A stretch of DNA of 32,000 nucleotides from Raphidiopsis brookii D9. GTDB taxonomy: Bacteria; Cyanobacteriota; Cyanobacteriia; Cyanobacteriales; Nostocaceae. The notes under the pieces were generated by a model. The model worked only from the letters and a program-made list of their open reading frames with translations. It did not search any database and was not told the DNA's origin. Position 1 is the stretch's first letter. Every line of letters starts with the position of its first letter. Position numbers and translations under genes: made by a program. Below are positions 8,550-17,991 of the stretch, piece after piece. The stretch is from the NCBI GenBank assembly GCA_000175855.1, contig ACYB01000035.1:480001-512000 (forward strand). Reading direction: 5' to 3'.

Positions 8550-10451
8550 CTACTGCATTAACATTAGTCTGTGAGGGTCTAAATATATATACCAAGGGAA
8601 ATCTTGGTCTTTTATTGTCACCCATTTTTCTTTATAAACTTCCGCTTGTAGGTGATAGTCATGGATATTTTTTCCTGGTGAATATAACTTTAAAAATAAA
8701 GTTACCCGGTGGGGGGTTTCACTACTTCTCACCAACCAACAGGGAAAGGTATTTTTGCTGGGGATATCTTTTTCTGGGAGGTTGTTTTTAAAAACTATTT
8801 GATGGGCCCGAATGCCAACATGAGATGGAACATCAGATAATTGATTGGCACGAAACTCCTCAACTTCTAAGACACAACCCCAATCTACTGCTTCCACAGT
8901 TTGAGAACTAGTGATAATAGCACGAGAGAAATTTTTACACCCGGTAATTTTAGCAACATTAATAGTTGCTGGGTGTTGAAAAATCTCAGATTTAGACCCA
9001 TATTGTGCTATTTTGCCTCCTTTCAAGACCAATAAATTAGGACAAATCCGATAAGCTTCTTCCATATTGTGGGTGACAAATAAAGTCACGCCAGCATAAT
9101 CAGCTAAAGTATCTGTCATTTGTTCTTCTAAATGGCTGCGTAAATAGGTATCAAGAGCGGAAAATGGCTCATCTAACAGTAGTGCTTCTGGGTGACTGGC
9201 CAAAGCTCTAGCTAGAGCTACTCTTTGTTGTTGTCCTCCAGAAAGTTGGTGGGGATAGCGATTACCTAAACTCCATAACTGCATGTCCCCTAATTGTTTT
9301 TCTACCTGTAATTTAACCTGATGGGAGGATAATCCTGTAGGTAAACCAAAAGCGATATTTTGAGCCACATTCAAATGGGGAAACAGGGCATAATTCTGAA
9401 ATAAAAACCCAATTTTTCGGTCACGACTAGGAAGATTAATACCTTGCTCTGAATCAAATAAAACTCTACCATTCAGAACAATTTTTCCCTGAGAGGGTGT
9501 TTCAATTCCTGCTAGACAACGCAAAATCATACTTTTTCCAGCACCAGAACCACCCAGTAAACCTAAAGGTTGATTATGGGTGGTGAAATTCACCCGTAAA
9601 TGAAAACTGGGCAATTTTTTCTCAATATCTATCAATAATTGGACAACACTCAAATTATGAACTGGATCAAAAGAAGTATTTTGTAATCTCCATAATTCTG
9701 AAGATTCTGAAACTTCCACATCTTTAAGTTTTTGAAAACCTTGGTCAATAAAATTCTCAACACTCACCTGAGAAGTAATCTGAGAATTGATAACATGTTT
9801 CCTCTCTTGCCAAAAATTAGTCAGCATTACCCCTGACAAAGAAATTGACAGAATAAAGACAGCCCAAAACCAAGCTTCTTGTATATCTCCAGCTTCCACA
9901 GCAAAATAAATTGCCATTGGTATATTCTGGGTTTGTCCGGGAATATTACCAGCTAACATTAAAGTCGCACCAAATTCCCCCAAAGCGCGAGCAAAAGCTA
10001 ATGTTGCACCAGCTAAAATCCCAGGAAAAGCCAAAGGGAAACTAACTCGCCAAAATATCTTCCATTCTCCAGCACCTAGGGTTCTTGCTACTCGCAACAA
10101 ATTAGCATCAATTTGATTAAAAGCACCCAAAGCAGTTCTATACATTAAGGGGAAGGAAACCACTGTTGCAGCTATAGCAGCACCATACCAGGTAAAGACA
10201 ACTGTAATGTTAAAAGACTGTAGTACTCCACCCGCAACACCATGTTTACCAAAAAACAGTAACAACAAAAAACCCACAACCGTAGGTGGTAGAATTAGGG
10301 GAGAAATCAATATTCCCTCAATCAGAGATTTTCCCTTACCCTGGTATCCTAACATCCAGTAAGCAACAGCAATACCTAGAAAAAAGGTAATTAGGGTTGC
10401 TAAACCGGAGGTTTTTAAAGATATCCAAAGAGGTGATAGGTCCTGTGGCAT
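8550..10451 (-). CDS. modBC: Molybdate ABC transporter, fused permease-ATPase (ModB-ModC)
   Basis: 633 aa: N-terminal ModB permease ('ALGEFGATLMLAGNIPGQTQ...'); C-terminal ATPase with Walker A 'GLLGGSGAGKS', signature 'LSGGQQQRVALARALA', Walker B 'ALLLDEPFSAL', followed by a TOBE-like tail. Confidence 0.93.
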   Translation of the reverse strand: MPQDLSPLWISLKTSGLATLITFFLGIAVAYWMLGYQGKGKSLIEGILISPLILPPTVVGFLLLLFFGKHGVAGGVLQSFNITVVFTWYGAAIAATVVSFPLMYRTALGAFNQIDANLLRVARTLGAGEWKIFWRVSFPLAFPGILAGATLAFARALGEFGATLMLAGNIPGQTQNIPMAIYFAVEAGDIQEAWFWAVFILSISLSGVMLTNFWQERKHVINSQITSQVSVENFIDQGFQKLKDVEVSESSELWRLQNTSFDPVHNLSVVQLLIDIEKKLPSFHLRVNFTTHNQPLGLLGGSGAGKSMILRCLAGIETPSQGKIVLNGRVLFDSEQGINLPSRDRKIGFLFQNYALFPHLNVAQNIAFGLPTGLSSHQVKLQVEKQLGDMQLWSLGNRYPHQLSGGQQQRVALARALASHPEALLLDEPFSALDTYLRSHLEEQMTDTLADYAGVTLFVTHNMEEAYRICPNLLVLKGGKIAQYGSKSEIFQHPATINVAKITGCKNFSRAIITSSQTVEAVDWGCVLEVEEFRANQLSDVPSHVGIRAHQIVFKNNLPEKDIPSKNTFPCWLVRSSETPHRVTLFLKLYSPGKNIHDYHLQAEVYKEKWVTIKDQDFPWYIYLDPHRLMLMQ

Positions 10452-10579
10452 AATTTAAACTTGTATTAATTCCCACCTCACCTAATAAAATCACTCAAAA
10501 TATTACGACGGGGAGATGCTAAGCATATTTTTAATATACTCCCCATGGTAGAGATGTAGCTATTTTGAATATGGTTAGA

Positions 10580-10894
10580 TTATTTGTGTATACTTGACTC
10601 CACTAAATCACGACTAAACTCCTCTGCTCTGGCACTGGGAACCAAGGTCCAACCTGCTTTCAATAGTTTTTGATAGGTTGCCCACCCCTTAGACCCACCA
10701 GGTATGGGATAATCAGGAACGGAAAACTGCCCAAAAGCTGTATAAGGTCGCCATGGTTGACCTGTGGCAATTTGCAGGTGCAGGATTTTCTCACCATCAC
10801 CGCTAAATTTAGATAACCAACACATTTGTCGAATCATTGCCAACTCCGTGTCAAAATGCTTTCTCTTAGGTACTAGTTTTCTTATGTTAACCAT
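10580..10894 (-). CDS. Conserved cyanobacterial hypothetical protein
   Basis: ORF 10580..10918; a likely start is MVNIRKLVPKRKHF at 10894. Compositionally normal protein with no recognised domain. Confidence 0.55.
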   Translation of the reverse strand: MVNIRKLVPKRKHFDTELAMIRQMCWLSKFSGDGEKILHLQIATGQPWRPYTAFGQFSVPDYPIPGGSKGWATYQKLLKAGWTLVPSARAEEFSRDLVESSIHK

Positions 10895-11057
10895 GGTTTT
10901 TTTAACTTGATGTAACAATAACTACTATTTAACCTGAATTGGGCAACGGATGAACCTCTCATATTTTATTTTATTGATGGTAATCATAGACCATAACTAC
11001 TGGACTCGATTTTGGGATTGTGGTAACTTATGGAGGTCATTTAATTTACTCTATAAT

Positions 11058-11699
11058 ATGCAACCTAACTCCCGGAAGAATTTACATACCAATATTTCGG
11101 TCACTGCTGCTGCGATCGCATTGTTGATTGCTAGTCCAGTTGTAAACTCAAATGTAGCCAATGCCCAAACTAATATAACTAATACCAGCCCAGCTGCAGC
11201 TGTTGATAAACCAAAAGTAGTCAATCAATCTATTACTGAGGAACAGGTACTAGGTGCTCAAAAGGCTTGGGGAGAAGCCCTGATTAATATTAGCGCTACT
11301 TACGAACAAAAGGGAATAGCTGCTGCTAAGGATTTAGCTGGAAAAATTATTGACCAAGCCTATGGCTATCAGTTTGGAGCAGTATTATTTAAACCAACAC
11401 TAACTAAAGCACCACAAACATTCCGTACCACACGTCAAGGCGCTCTTGCTTATTTTGTGGGTGGAGATCCTGCATTCCCTTCCGACACTGGTTTTGCTCT
11501 CAAGGGGTGGCGGAAGGTAGAGATCCGCAACGTTGGAGTTTTTATTAGTGGTAACACAGCGACGACTATGGGGAATGTAGTATTCACCGACAAGTCTGGG
11601 AAGGTTACAACGGTAGATAAAACTTGGGTTTTCATAAGAGATAGCAGTGGTAATTTACGTATTATATTGCATCACTCATCCTTACCTTATGGTGGTTAA
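11058..11699 (+). CDS. Secreted NTF2/SnoaL-like (nuclear transport factor 2-like) domain protein
   Basis: The track ORF starts at 10950, but the internal ATG at 11058 gives a clean signal peptide (MQPNSRKNLHTNISVTAAAIALLIASPVVNSNVANAQ). The C-terminal 'YGYQFGAVLFKPTLT...GDPAFPSDTGFALKGW...TWVFIRDSSGNLRIILHHSSLPY' resembles a SnoaL/CaMKII-association fold. Confidence 0.65.
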   Translation: MQPNSRKNLHTNISVTAAAIALLIASPVVNSNVANAQTNITNTSPAAAVDKPKVVNQSITEEQVLGAQKAWGEALINISATYEQKGIAAAKDLAGKIIDQAYGYQFGAVLFKPTLTKAPQTFRTTRQGALAYFVGGDPAFPSDTGFALKGWRKVEIRNVGVFISGNTATTMGNVVFTDKSGKVTTVDKTWVFIRDSSGNLRIILHHSSLPYGG

Positions 11700-11725
11700 G
11701 AAGTGAAAAGATGGGAAGATTGGAA

Positions 11726-13102
11726 CTACTCTTGTTGAAAAGCCAACAACTGCTGTTGATTAATTCTTCCTGCTTCATACAAAGTATTAACTATTTCGGA
11801 AATAGTTAATACTGAATGACCACAATAACCGTTTTCTTTTAGTTTGTCTTTCACTCCCTTTTCGTGGTCAATGAAAACTACAATGTCATTGACTGTTAAT
11901 CCCACAGATTTAATTTTTTCAGCTCCTTCCATTACACTTTTACCACTAATGAGAATATCATCAACCACTGCGATGGTTTCTCCGGGAAGAAAATTTCCTT
12001 CGATTGCTTTGCGTGTGCCATGTGCTTTTACCTCCTTGCGGGGAAAAATCATGGGATAACCTAATCTTAATGACAACCCGGTTGCAGTGGGTAGAGAACC
12101 ATAAGGAATACCAGCTAATCGATCAAAAGTTAAACCAGTTAGTATTTTCTCATAAGCACCAATTACCTGACTAAATACCTGGGGGTTGGAAATAATTTTC
12201 CGCAAGTCGATATAATAGGGAAATATCGCTCCCGACGCTTGAACAAATTCCCCAAACATGATACAACCAATGTCAAAAAGTTGTAGAATTAAGTCCTGAT
12301 GGGGGTGTTTATCCTTCATATTGACATCAGGAAACCACACATCACAACTAGAAGTAGAATTAATTAAATCGCTTCTGATTTGGTTCAATTCTGTCCTAAG
12401 AGACCCAATTTCTTGGGATAGGTTAGCGCTGATTAACATATCTTGGGGAACCGGAATTAACAGTCCATCACCATGACTATCTAAACCCGCTGCCAAAATT
12501 GGTTGAATACTATTCTCTTGTGACCAAATACTTCGTACCATGATTATTCTTTCTGGTGCAGCAGAGCGAATAGATTTTAAAATTTCGGGATTAGTTGTTC
12601 CTACTTCTAAACATAACTGTTCAGGAGTTCCCCAAGTCTTGGACTCTTGGACTACTTGCAAATAGAAAGGAGAAGTAGCAGGGTATTGTTGTAAAATGGC
12701 CGCACTAGGATTAGAAGTGCAGCATAAAATAAAGACAGCTTTATCGGGATATACTAAAAATGGTGCAATATGGTCTTGTCCAGCATAAGGATTTAAAGTT
12801 ACTGCGTCAACTCCCCAATCTACAAATATGGAATGGGCAAACATGCTAGTAGTATTGAGATCCCCATGTTTAGCATCTAAAATAATGGGAACTTCCTTGG
12901 GAATAGATGCCATTATTTTGATTAACAGTTCTATACCTCTGACTCCCAGAGCTTGATAAAAGCCTAGGGTAGGTTTGTAAGCACAAACAAAATCTGCAGT
13001 TTCCTCAATCACAAATTGTAACCAGTTGTCTAAACTGGTGAGCAAATCAGAACCTTGATAACGCTCTGGAATCATTTCTGGGTTAGGGTCGAGTCCTAAC
13101 AA
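11726..13102 (-). CDS. pyrFE: Bifunctional orotidine-5'-phosphate decarboxylase / orotate phosphoribosyltransferase (PyrF-PyrE fusion)
   Basis: PyrF half 'LGLDPNPEMIPERY', 'PIILDAKHGDLNTT', 'DAVTLNPYAGQD'; PyrE half 'FPYYIDLRKIISNP', 'ETIAVVDDILISGKSV'. The 5' end appears frameshifted; the intact gene would extend to ATG 13157 (see finding). Confidence 0.93.
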   Translation of the reverse strand: MLGLDPNPEMIPERYQGSDLLTSLDNWLQFVIEETADFVCAYKPTLGFYQALGVRGIELLIKIMASIPKEVPIILDAKHGDLNTTSMFAHSIFVDWGVDAVTLNPYAGQDHIAPFLVYPDKAVFILCCTSNPSAAILQQYPATSPFYLQVVQESKTWGTPEQLCLEVGTTNPEILKSIRSAAPERIIMVRSIWSQENSIQPILAAGLDSHGDGLLIPVPQDMLISANLSQEIGSLRTELNQIRSDLINSTSSCDVWFPDVNMKDKHPHQDLILQLFDIGCIMFGEFVQASGAIFPYYIDLRKIISNPQVFSQVIGAYEKILTGLTFDRLAGIPYGSLPTATGLSLRLGYPMIFPRKEVKAHGTRKAIEGNFLPGETIAVVDDILISGKSVMEGAEKIKSVGLTVNDIVVFIDHEKGVKDKLKENGYCGHSVLTISEIVNTLYEAGRINQQQLLAFQQE

Positions 13103-13198
13103 AAAACAGACTCTGTTTGTTGGTAATATTTTGGTTTAACTTATCTAAAAAAATCATTTTTTTGCCCCATTGTCTTTTATTCAACTGTTGTCCCTTTC

Positions 13199-13948
13199 CT
13201 ACAATCCTGCAAACCACTCATAACCTTGGTCTTCCCAATAACCTTTAAAATTTGTTAGTTTTGAAGTCAAGGTCACTCTTGTTACCCATTTACTTTGTTT
13301 ATAACCTAATTTCACTGGTGTGGCTAACCGCAAGGGCGCGCCATTTTCTCTGGGTAATTTCTCGCCATTTTTTTCGTAGGCCAATAAGGTTTGTGGATGG
13401 GTGACAGAAGGTAAATCCCAACTTTCATAATAACCATCCGCTGATTCAAAATAGACGTACTTGGCACTTGGGTGAGGTTGAGCTAAAGCAATTAAATCAC
13501 GCAAACTAACTCCTCCCCATTGTACAATGGCCGCCCATCCCTCTACGCAAACATGACGAATAATCATGGATCTGTAAGGTAAACTTTTAATTTCCCTCAT
13601 ATTTAGGTTTAGGGGATGATTAACTTGACCGTCAATAATCAGACGATATTTTTCTAGGTCAATAATCGGTGTACCCCGAAAGCTATTAATGATTAGGGAT
13701 TTTGGTTTAATTTGATTATAGCTAAATTCGGGTACAGGTTTTTGCGGTTGAAATATTAACTGCTCAACTTTTTGATTCAATGGTTCTGATATTTTGCCCA
13801 CCAAGTCTTCTAATGCTGGTGTACCACAACCAGTTAGGAAAAAACCCATGCCTGAAATTCCCCATGTTTTTAAAAACCTACGGCGGGATACTTCCGGATT
13901 GATAATCTTAATTAGCTCTCTTTCTATTTCCTTTTGATTATGGTTCAT
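13199..13948 (-). CDS. Molybdopterin-dependent oxidoreductase, sulfite oxidase / MsrP-like, Tat-exported (possible lipoprotein)
   Basis: 249 aa; twin-arginine 'SRRRFLKTWGISGMGFFLTGC' (Tat plus lipobox); Mo-cofactor fold with 'IIRHVCVEGWAAIVQWGGVSLRDLI' containing the conserved Cys. Confidence 0.88.
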   Translation of the reverse strand: MNHNQKEIERELIKIINPEVSRRRFLKTWGISGMGFFLTGCGTPALEDLVGKISEPLNQKVEQLIFQPQKPVPEFSYNQIKPKSLIINSFRGTPIIDLEKYRLIIDGQVNHPLNLNMREIKSLPYRSMIIRHVCVEGWAAIVQWGGVSLRDLIALAQPHPSAKYVYFESADGYYESWDLPSVTHPQTLLAYEKNGEKLPRENGAPLRLATPVKLGYKQSKWVTRVTLTSKLTNFKGYWEDQGYEWFAGL

Positions 13949-13989
13949 GATTATGGTTCAATGATTTTCAATTAATTAAAAATACCAGT

Positions 13990-14604
13990 CTACCAAAACA
14001 TGGATTCAAGTAATTTATCTCCTCCCGCTCTTTTACCTAGTTGCCAATGAATGACTACAAATATAATTATCAACGGTACGGAAGCAAAATGCACAATTCT
14101 TAATCCTTGCCAGTTGCCAAATATATCCACTAGCCATGGAAATTGGGCTGGTTTATACATCCCTATACCCGTGCATATTGCTAACAAAAGAATGGGAATA
14201 ATAGCTGTGTAAACAATGCGATGCCAGCTATAGGTAAGACGTTTAATATTGTCGGTTTTCTGCAAAGCTTTAATGTCATTATTCCCCACAAACCTATGTT
14301 GCCAACGTCTGGTCAATAAAATGTATATTCCATAGCTAAAAAGATTCACTGAAAATAGCCACATAGCTGCAAAATGCCAGTGTCTACCTCCTGCTAACCA
14401 AGCTCCTAAAGTAAAAATAGGGGGAATGTGTAATCCCCCACGACCACCAAAAACTGGGTTAGCATTGTAAATTTGTAGTCCACTGGTAATCATCAGAAAA
14501 AGACTGACTATATTCAAACTGTGAAAGATTTTGACCGCAAGATCTTGCTTGGGTAATTTCTGAGATTTTCTGGTCGAGTTCCTATCTATATCTATCATAT
14601 TCAA
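13990..14604 (-). CDS. Cytochrome b/b561-like membrane subunit (Ni-hydrogenase/thiosulfate reductase cytochrome b family)
   Basis: 204 aa, about 4 TM helices with spaced His residues: 'KIFHSLNIVS', 'HWHFAAMWLFSVN', 'YSWHRIVYTA', 'RIVHFASVPLIIIFVVIHW'. Confidence 0.82.
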   Translation of the reverse strand: MNMIDIDRNSTRKSQKLPKQDLAVKIFHSLNIVSLFLMITSGLQIYNANPVFGGRGGLHIPPIFTLGAWLAGGRHWHFAAMWLFSVNLFSYGIYILLTRRWQHRFVGNNDIKALQKTDNIKRLTYSWHRIVYTAIIPILLLAICTGIGMYKPAQFPWLVDIFGNWQGLRIVHFASVPLIIIFVVIHWQLGKRAGGDKLLESMFW

Positions 14605-14626
14605 GTTTTACTTTCTCATGTTTATA

Positions 14627-15127
14627 TTAGTCATCTGTTAATTTAAATGCGGCAGTTAAAGCTAAAGCTAAGGCATCTGCTGCATCATCGGGTTGAGGAA
14701 TTTCCTCTAAATCTAACTCCCGCATCACGGCTTCTTGTACTTCTATCTTTTCAGCTTTGCCATAACTAGTTAAAGCTTGTTTAATTTGAGGAGGGGCAAA
14801 CTCCAAGTAGGGAAGTCTCCGTTGTCCGAGAACTAACATGATTACACCTCTTGCTTGTGCTACTAAAATTGTGTTGGCCATTCGGTAAAAAAACAATCTT
14901 TCAATAGCAACTACGTCTGGTTGTAATTCATCTAGCAGGGTGTGCAAATCATCAAATAAAGTAGATAATCGTTGGGTGATTTCCATATCAGAGGGGGTGC
15001 GAATCACACCGAAATCAACCATTGTTATGGTGGTGTCCGACAATTTGGCTGACCTTTGCTCCAAGGAAATCGCACCAAACCCAACTATTGCTAATCCTGG
15101 ATCTAATCCTAAAATTTGCCGTGTCAT
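14627..15127 (-). CDS. ruvC: Crossover junction endodeoxyribonuclease RuvC
   Basis: ORF 14627..15205; canonical start [18 protein letters not shown] at 15127. Also '[34 protein letters not shown]' and '[15 protein letters not shown]'. Confidence 0.95.
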   Translation of the reverse strand: MTRQILGLDPGLAIVGFGAISLEQRSAKLSDTTITMVDFGVIRTPSDMEITQRLSTLFDDLHTLLDELQPDVVAIERLFFYRMANTILVAQARGVIMLVLGQRRLPYLEFAPPQIKQALTSYGKAEKIEVQEAVMRELDLEEIPQPDDAADALALALTAAFKLTDD

Positions 15128-15276
15128 AAATAATAATTCCGGTTTCTGGATTGAAATTTGGTTGACCCAGGACTTGGTTGGGAGTTTCCGGTTAGCAATG
15201 GCCAAATCATGAAGGATTAAATACTAGATAGTATATAATTTTAAACACTTCCTGTACCATACTCCCTTTTTTAGGT

Positions 15277-16647
15277 ATGTCCATCGGTTTTCTGAAACAG
15301 GCTATTAATGCTATACACAACCAACCATATAGCAGCACTACCCATCGGGTCAACCAATGGTTTAAATGGTTATCTCCTGGAATATCGGTGAAACGGTGGT
15401 TTATGGTCACTGTCAGCGGTGTCCTCCTAGCCATTTTGGGTTTGGCCATTTGGATGAAGCTAACCCCCATCTTTTGGATCTTAGAGTTACTCAAGGGTTT
15501 ATTGGCCCTTTTAACGGACATTTTACCCCACTATGTCAGTGGACCCTTAGTTTTGTTATTGGGTGGACTCCTAGTGCTTTGGGGACAATCTCGCACCGTG
15601 GGTTCCATTACTCAAGCTTTAAGACCACAGGGATCCCAAGAGGAACTCATAGATGTGATCTTAGCACATCATCGTTTGTATCGAGGTCCAAAAATTGTGG
15701 TTGTTGGCGGTGGTACTGGACTTTCTACCCTACTAAGGGGACTAAAAACTTATAGCGCCAATATTACTGCGATTGTCACTGTTGCTGATGATGGTGGATC
15801 TTCTGGTAGGTTACGTCAGGAATTTGGTGTTTTGCCCCCGGGTGATATTCGCAATTGTTTAGCTGCTCTTGCAGATGAGGAAAAGTTATTAACTGAATTA
15901 TTTCAATATCGTTTTCGAGCTGGTGATGGACTCACAGGACACAGCTTTGGTAATTTGTTCTTAACTGCTATGAGTGACATCACTGGGGATTTAGAACGAG
16001 CAGTGGCAGCTAGCTCTAAAGTATTGGCGGTTAGAGGACAAGTTCTACCTGCTACCTTGAGTGATGTTCGCCTTTGGGCGGAAATGGCTGATGGTCGTCG
16101 TATAGAAGGAGAATCTAGCATTCCTAAGGCTGGAGGTAAAATTGTCAAGATTGGCTGTCTCCCCGCCAACCCTCCTGCCATACCCGCAGCTATTAAGGCT
16201 ATTCGCAGTGCTGATTATATTATTGTTGGACCTGGTAGTTTATATACTAGCCTCATCCCTAACTTGCTAGTTCCTGAAATTACTCAGGCGATAGCCTGTG
16301 CTAATGTACCTCGTATTTATATCTGTAATATTATGACCCAACCAGGAGAGACGGAAGGATATAGTGTATCTGAACATATTCGAGCTATTGACCATGCTTG
16401 TGGCGATCGCAAACTTTTTGATGCTGTCCTGGTGCATAGAAGAAGTCCCTCGGCTCAAGCTTTAATCCGCTATGCTCAGCAAAATTCCCACCCTGTATTT
16501 CTGGACACGGAAGCTGTTTCCCAATTAGGAAGACGCATTGTTCCTGCTAATGTAATATATGAGGATGAAACGGGTTTTGTTCGTCATGACCCCCAAAAAC
16601 TAGCTAGGGTTCTATTAAAATGGTATGGTGCTGCGAGTAAAAAATAG
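15277..16647 (+). CDS. yvcK: Gluconeogenesis factor YvcK/CofD-like protein with N-terminal TM segment
   Basis: 456 aa; '[64 protein letters not shown]', '[23 protein letters not shown]', '[20 protein letters not shown]'. Confidence 0.94.
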   Translation: MSIGFLKQAINAIHNQPYSSTTHRVNQWFKWLSPGISVKRWFMVTVSGVLLAILGLAIWMKLTPIFWILELLKGLLALLTDILPHYVSGPLVLLLGGLLVLWGQSRTVGSITQALRPQGSQEELIDVILAHHRLYRGPKIVVVGGGTGLSTLLRGLKTYSANITAIVTVADDGGSSGRLRQEFGVLPPGDIRNCLAALADEEKLLTELFQYRFRAGDGLTGHSFGNLFLTAMSDITGDLERAVAASSKVLAVRGQVLPATLSDVRLWAEMADGRRIEGESSIPKAGGKIVKIGCLPANPPAIPAAIKAIRSADYIIVGPGSLYTSLIPNLLVPEITQAIACANVPRIYICNIMTQPGETEGYSVSEHIRAIDHACGDRKLFDAVLVHRRSPSAQALIRYAQQNSHPVFLDTEAVSQLGRRIVPANVIYEDETGFVRHDPQKLARVLLKWYGAASKK

Positions 16648-16665
16648 GATCCACAAATTATTGTT

Positions 16666-17094
16666 ATGACTAGGATCTACCTGCAAGATGCAAAAGCTAC
16701 ACGGGAATTTGGCATTAATTTGGCAAAAACCCTGAAGCCAGGTACGGTAATTTTATTACAGGGTGATTTAGGTGCAGGTAAAACTACTTTAGTGCAAGCC
16801 ATAGGGGAAGGTTTAGGTATCAGTGACCCAATTGTCAGTCCTACCTTTACCCTAATTAATGAATACACTGATGGCATCCTACCTCTTTATCACCTGGATT
16901 TGTATCGCCTAGAACCTCAGGACGTAGCCAATCTCTATTTAGAAAACTACTGGGAAGGAATAGACACCACCCTGGGAATTGTGGCTGTTGAATGGCCTGA
17001 ACGCATGCCATACCTACCTCATAGCTATTTAAAGCTGATTCTGACTTATGAACAGGATAATAACTCTCGTTATGTAGAAATTATTAGCTGCTGA
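16666..17094 (+). CDS. tsaE: tRNA threonylcarbamoyladenosine biosynthesis ATPase TsaE
   Basis: 142 aa; Walker A 'LLQGDLGAGKTTLVQAIGEGLGI', 'SPTFTLINEY', 'LYHLDLYRL', 'VAVEWPERMPYLP'. Confidence 0.95.
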   Translation: MTRIYLQDAKATREFGINLAKTLKPGTVILLQGDLGAGKTTLVQAIGEGLGISDPIVSPTFTLINEYTDGILPLYHLDLYRLEPQDVANLYLENYWEGIDTTLGIVAVEWPERMPYLPHSYLKLILTYEQDNNSRYVEIISC

Positions 17095-17991
17095 CTACCT
17101 TGAAACATAAGCTAGAGCAAAACGATTAATTCCAGCTAGGTCAGTGTGAATAGAAATATGGGAATAATTGCCATTATTTATCAGCATTTCTCTAACCATT
17201 TCGTCTTGTCCAGCCATCATTTCAATTAACCATACACCACCTGGGAGCAAATAGTGGGGAGAAACTTCTACTAGATAACGAATTGCTTCCAAACCGTCCA
17301 CACCTCCATCTAAAGCTAAATGGGGTTCGTGCTTGACTACTTCCGGTTCTAGGGTTCCTATCAGATCACTAGGAATATAAGGTGGATTGGACACCATACC
17401 ACTAATTTTACCCTTGAGGTGATTTAGAGGTTCCCACCAGCACCCCTGGTGGAATTCCACCCGCTGTGTAAAACCCAGGTTCCTTGCATTTGTCCTAGCA
17501 ACGGCCAAAGCCTGTTCGCTTATGTCCGTACCATAAATCTTAGCATTTGTCAATACCTCTACCAAACCCAGGGCGATCGCTCCACTACCAGTACCTAAAT
17601 CCACCCAGATTCCGGATTGCAGGTCTTGGTTAGCAGATTCGATCACCAGGTCAATGAGTATCTCCGTTTCTGGTCTGGGGATTAACACTGCGTCGGACAC
17701 AGCAAGGGTAAAGTTTCGCCAAGGGGTTCTACCTGCAAGATACTGAATTGGCACTCTTTGTTGTAACCGCTTTTGCCACAGACTGTCTAATTCAGCTAGG
17801 GATAGCACCATGGTCATTTCTTGGTAGTCTTTAAAAGATTCCAAACGCAGTGTTAATTTGTCCATTCCTGCTAGCTCTTGTAAGAGCCAATCCACCTCTC
17901 GTGGTGAAATACCCTTAACTAAAGCAGTAGTTATAGCCGAATTTCGCCATTTCCATAGTGCAATTCCGCTAGTTAGCTGTTGATTAATCAT
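17095..17991 (-). CDS. prmC: Peptide chain release factor N5-glutamine methyltransferase PrmC/HemK
   Basis: 298 aa; 'PVQYLAGRTPWRNFTLAV', 'VLIPRPETE', 'VDLGTGSGAIALGL', and the catalytic 'VSNPPYIP'. Confidence 0.95.
   Translation of the reverse strand: MINQQLTSGIALWKWRNSAITTALVKGISPREVDWLLQELAGMDKLTLRLESFKDYQEMTMVLSLAELDSLWQKRLQQRVPIQYLAGRTPWRNFTLAVSDAVLIPRPETEILIDLVIESANQDLQSGIWVDLGTGSGAIALGLVEVLTNAKIYGTDISEQALAVARTNARNLGFTQRVEFHQGCWWEPLNHLKGKISGMVSNPPYIPSDLIGTLEPEVVKHEPHLALDGGVDGLEAIRYLVEVSPHYLLPGGVWLIEMMAGQDEMVREMLINNGNYSHISIHTDLAGINRFALAYVSR

Noticed and set aside
10950-11057. N-terminal extension of the SnoaL-like ORF
   Set aside because: The extension (MNLSYFILLMVIIDHNYWTRF...) is unlike the signal peptide starting at 11058; likely upstream non-coding sequence.
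15207-15521. 104 aa minus ORF overlapping the start of yvcK
   Set aside because: Antisense to a strong CDS; low-quality composition.
15366-15755. 129 aa plus-strand ORF within yvcK
   Set aside because: Alternate-frame ORF inside a confident CDS; no domain.
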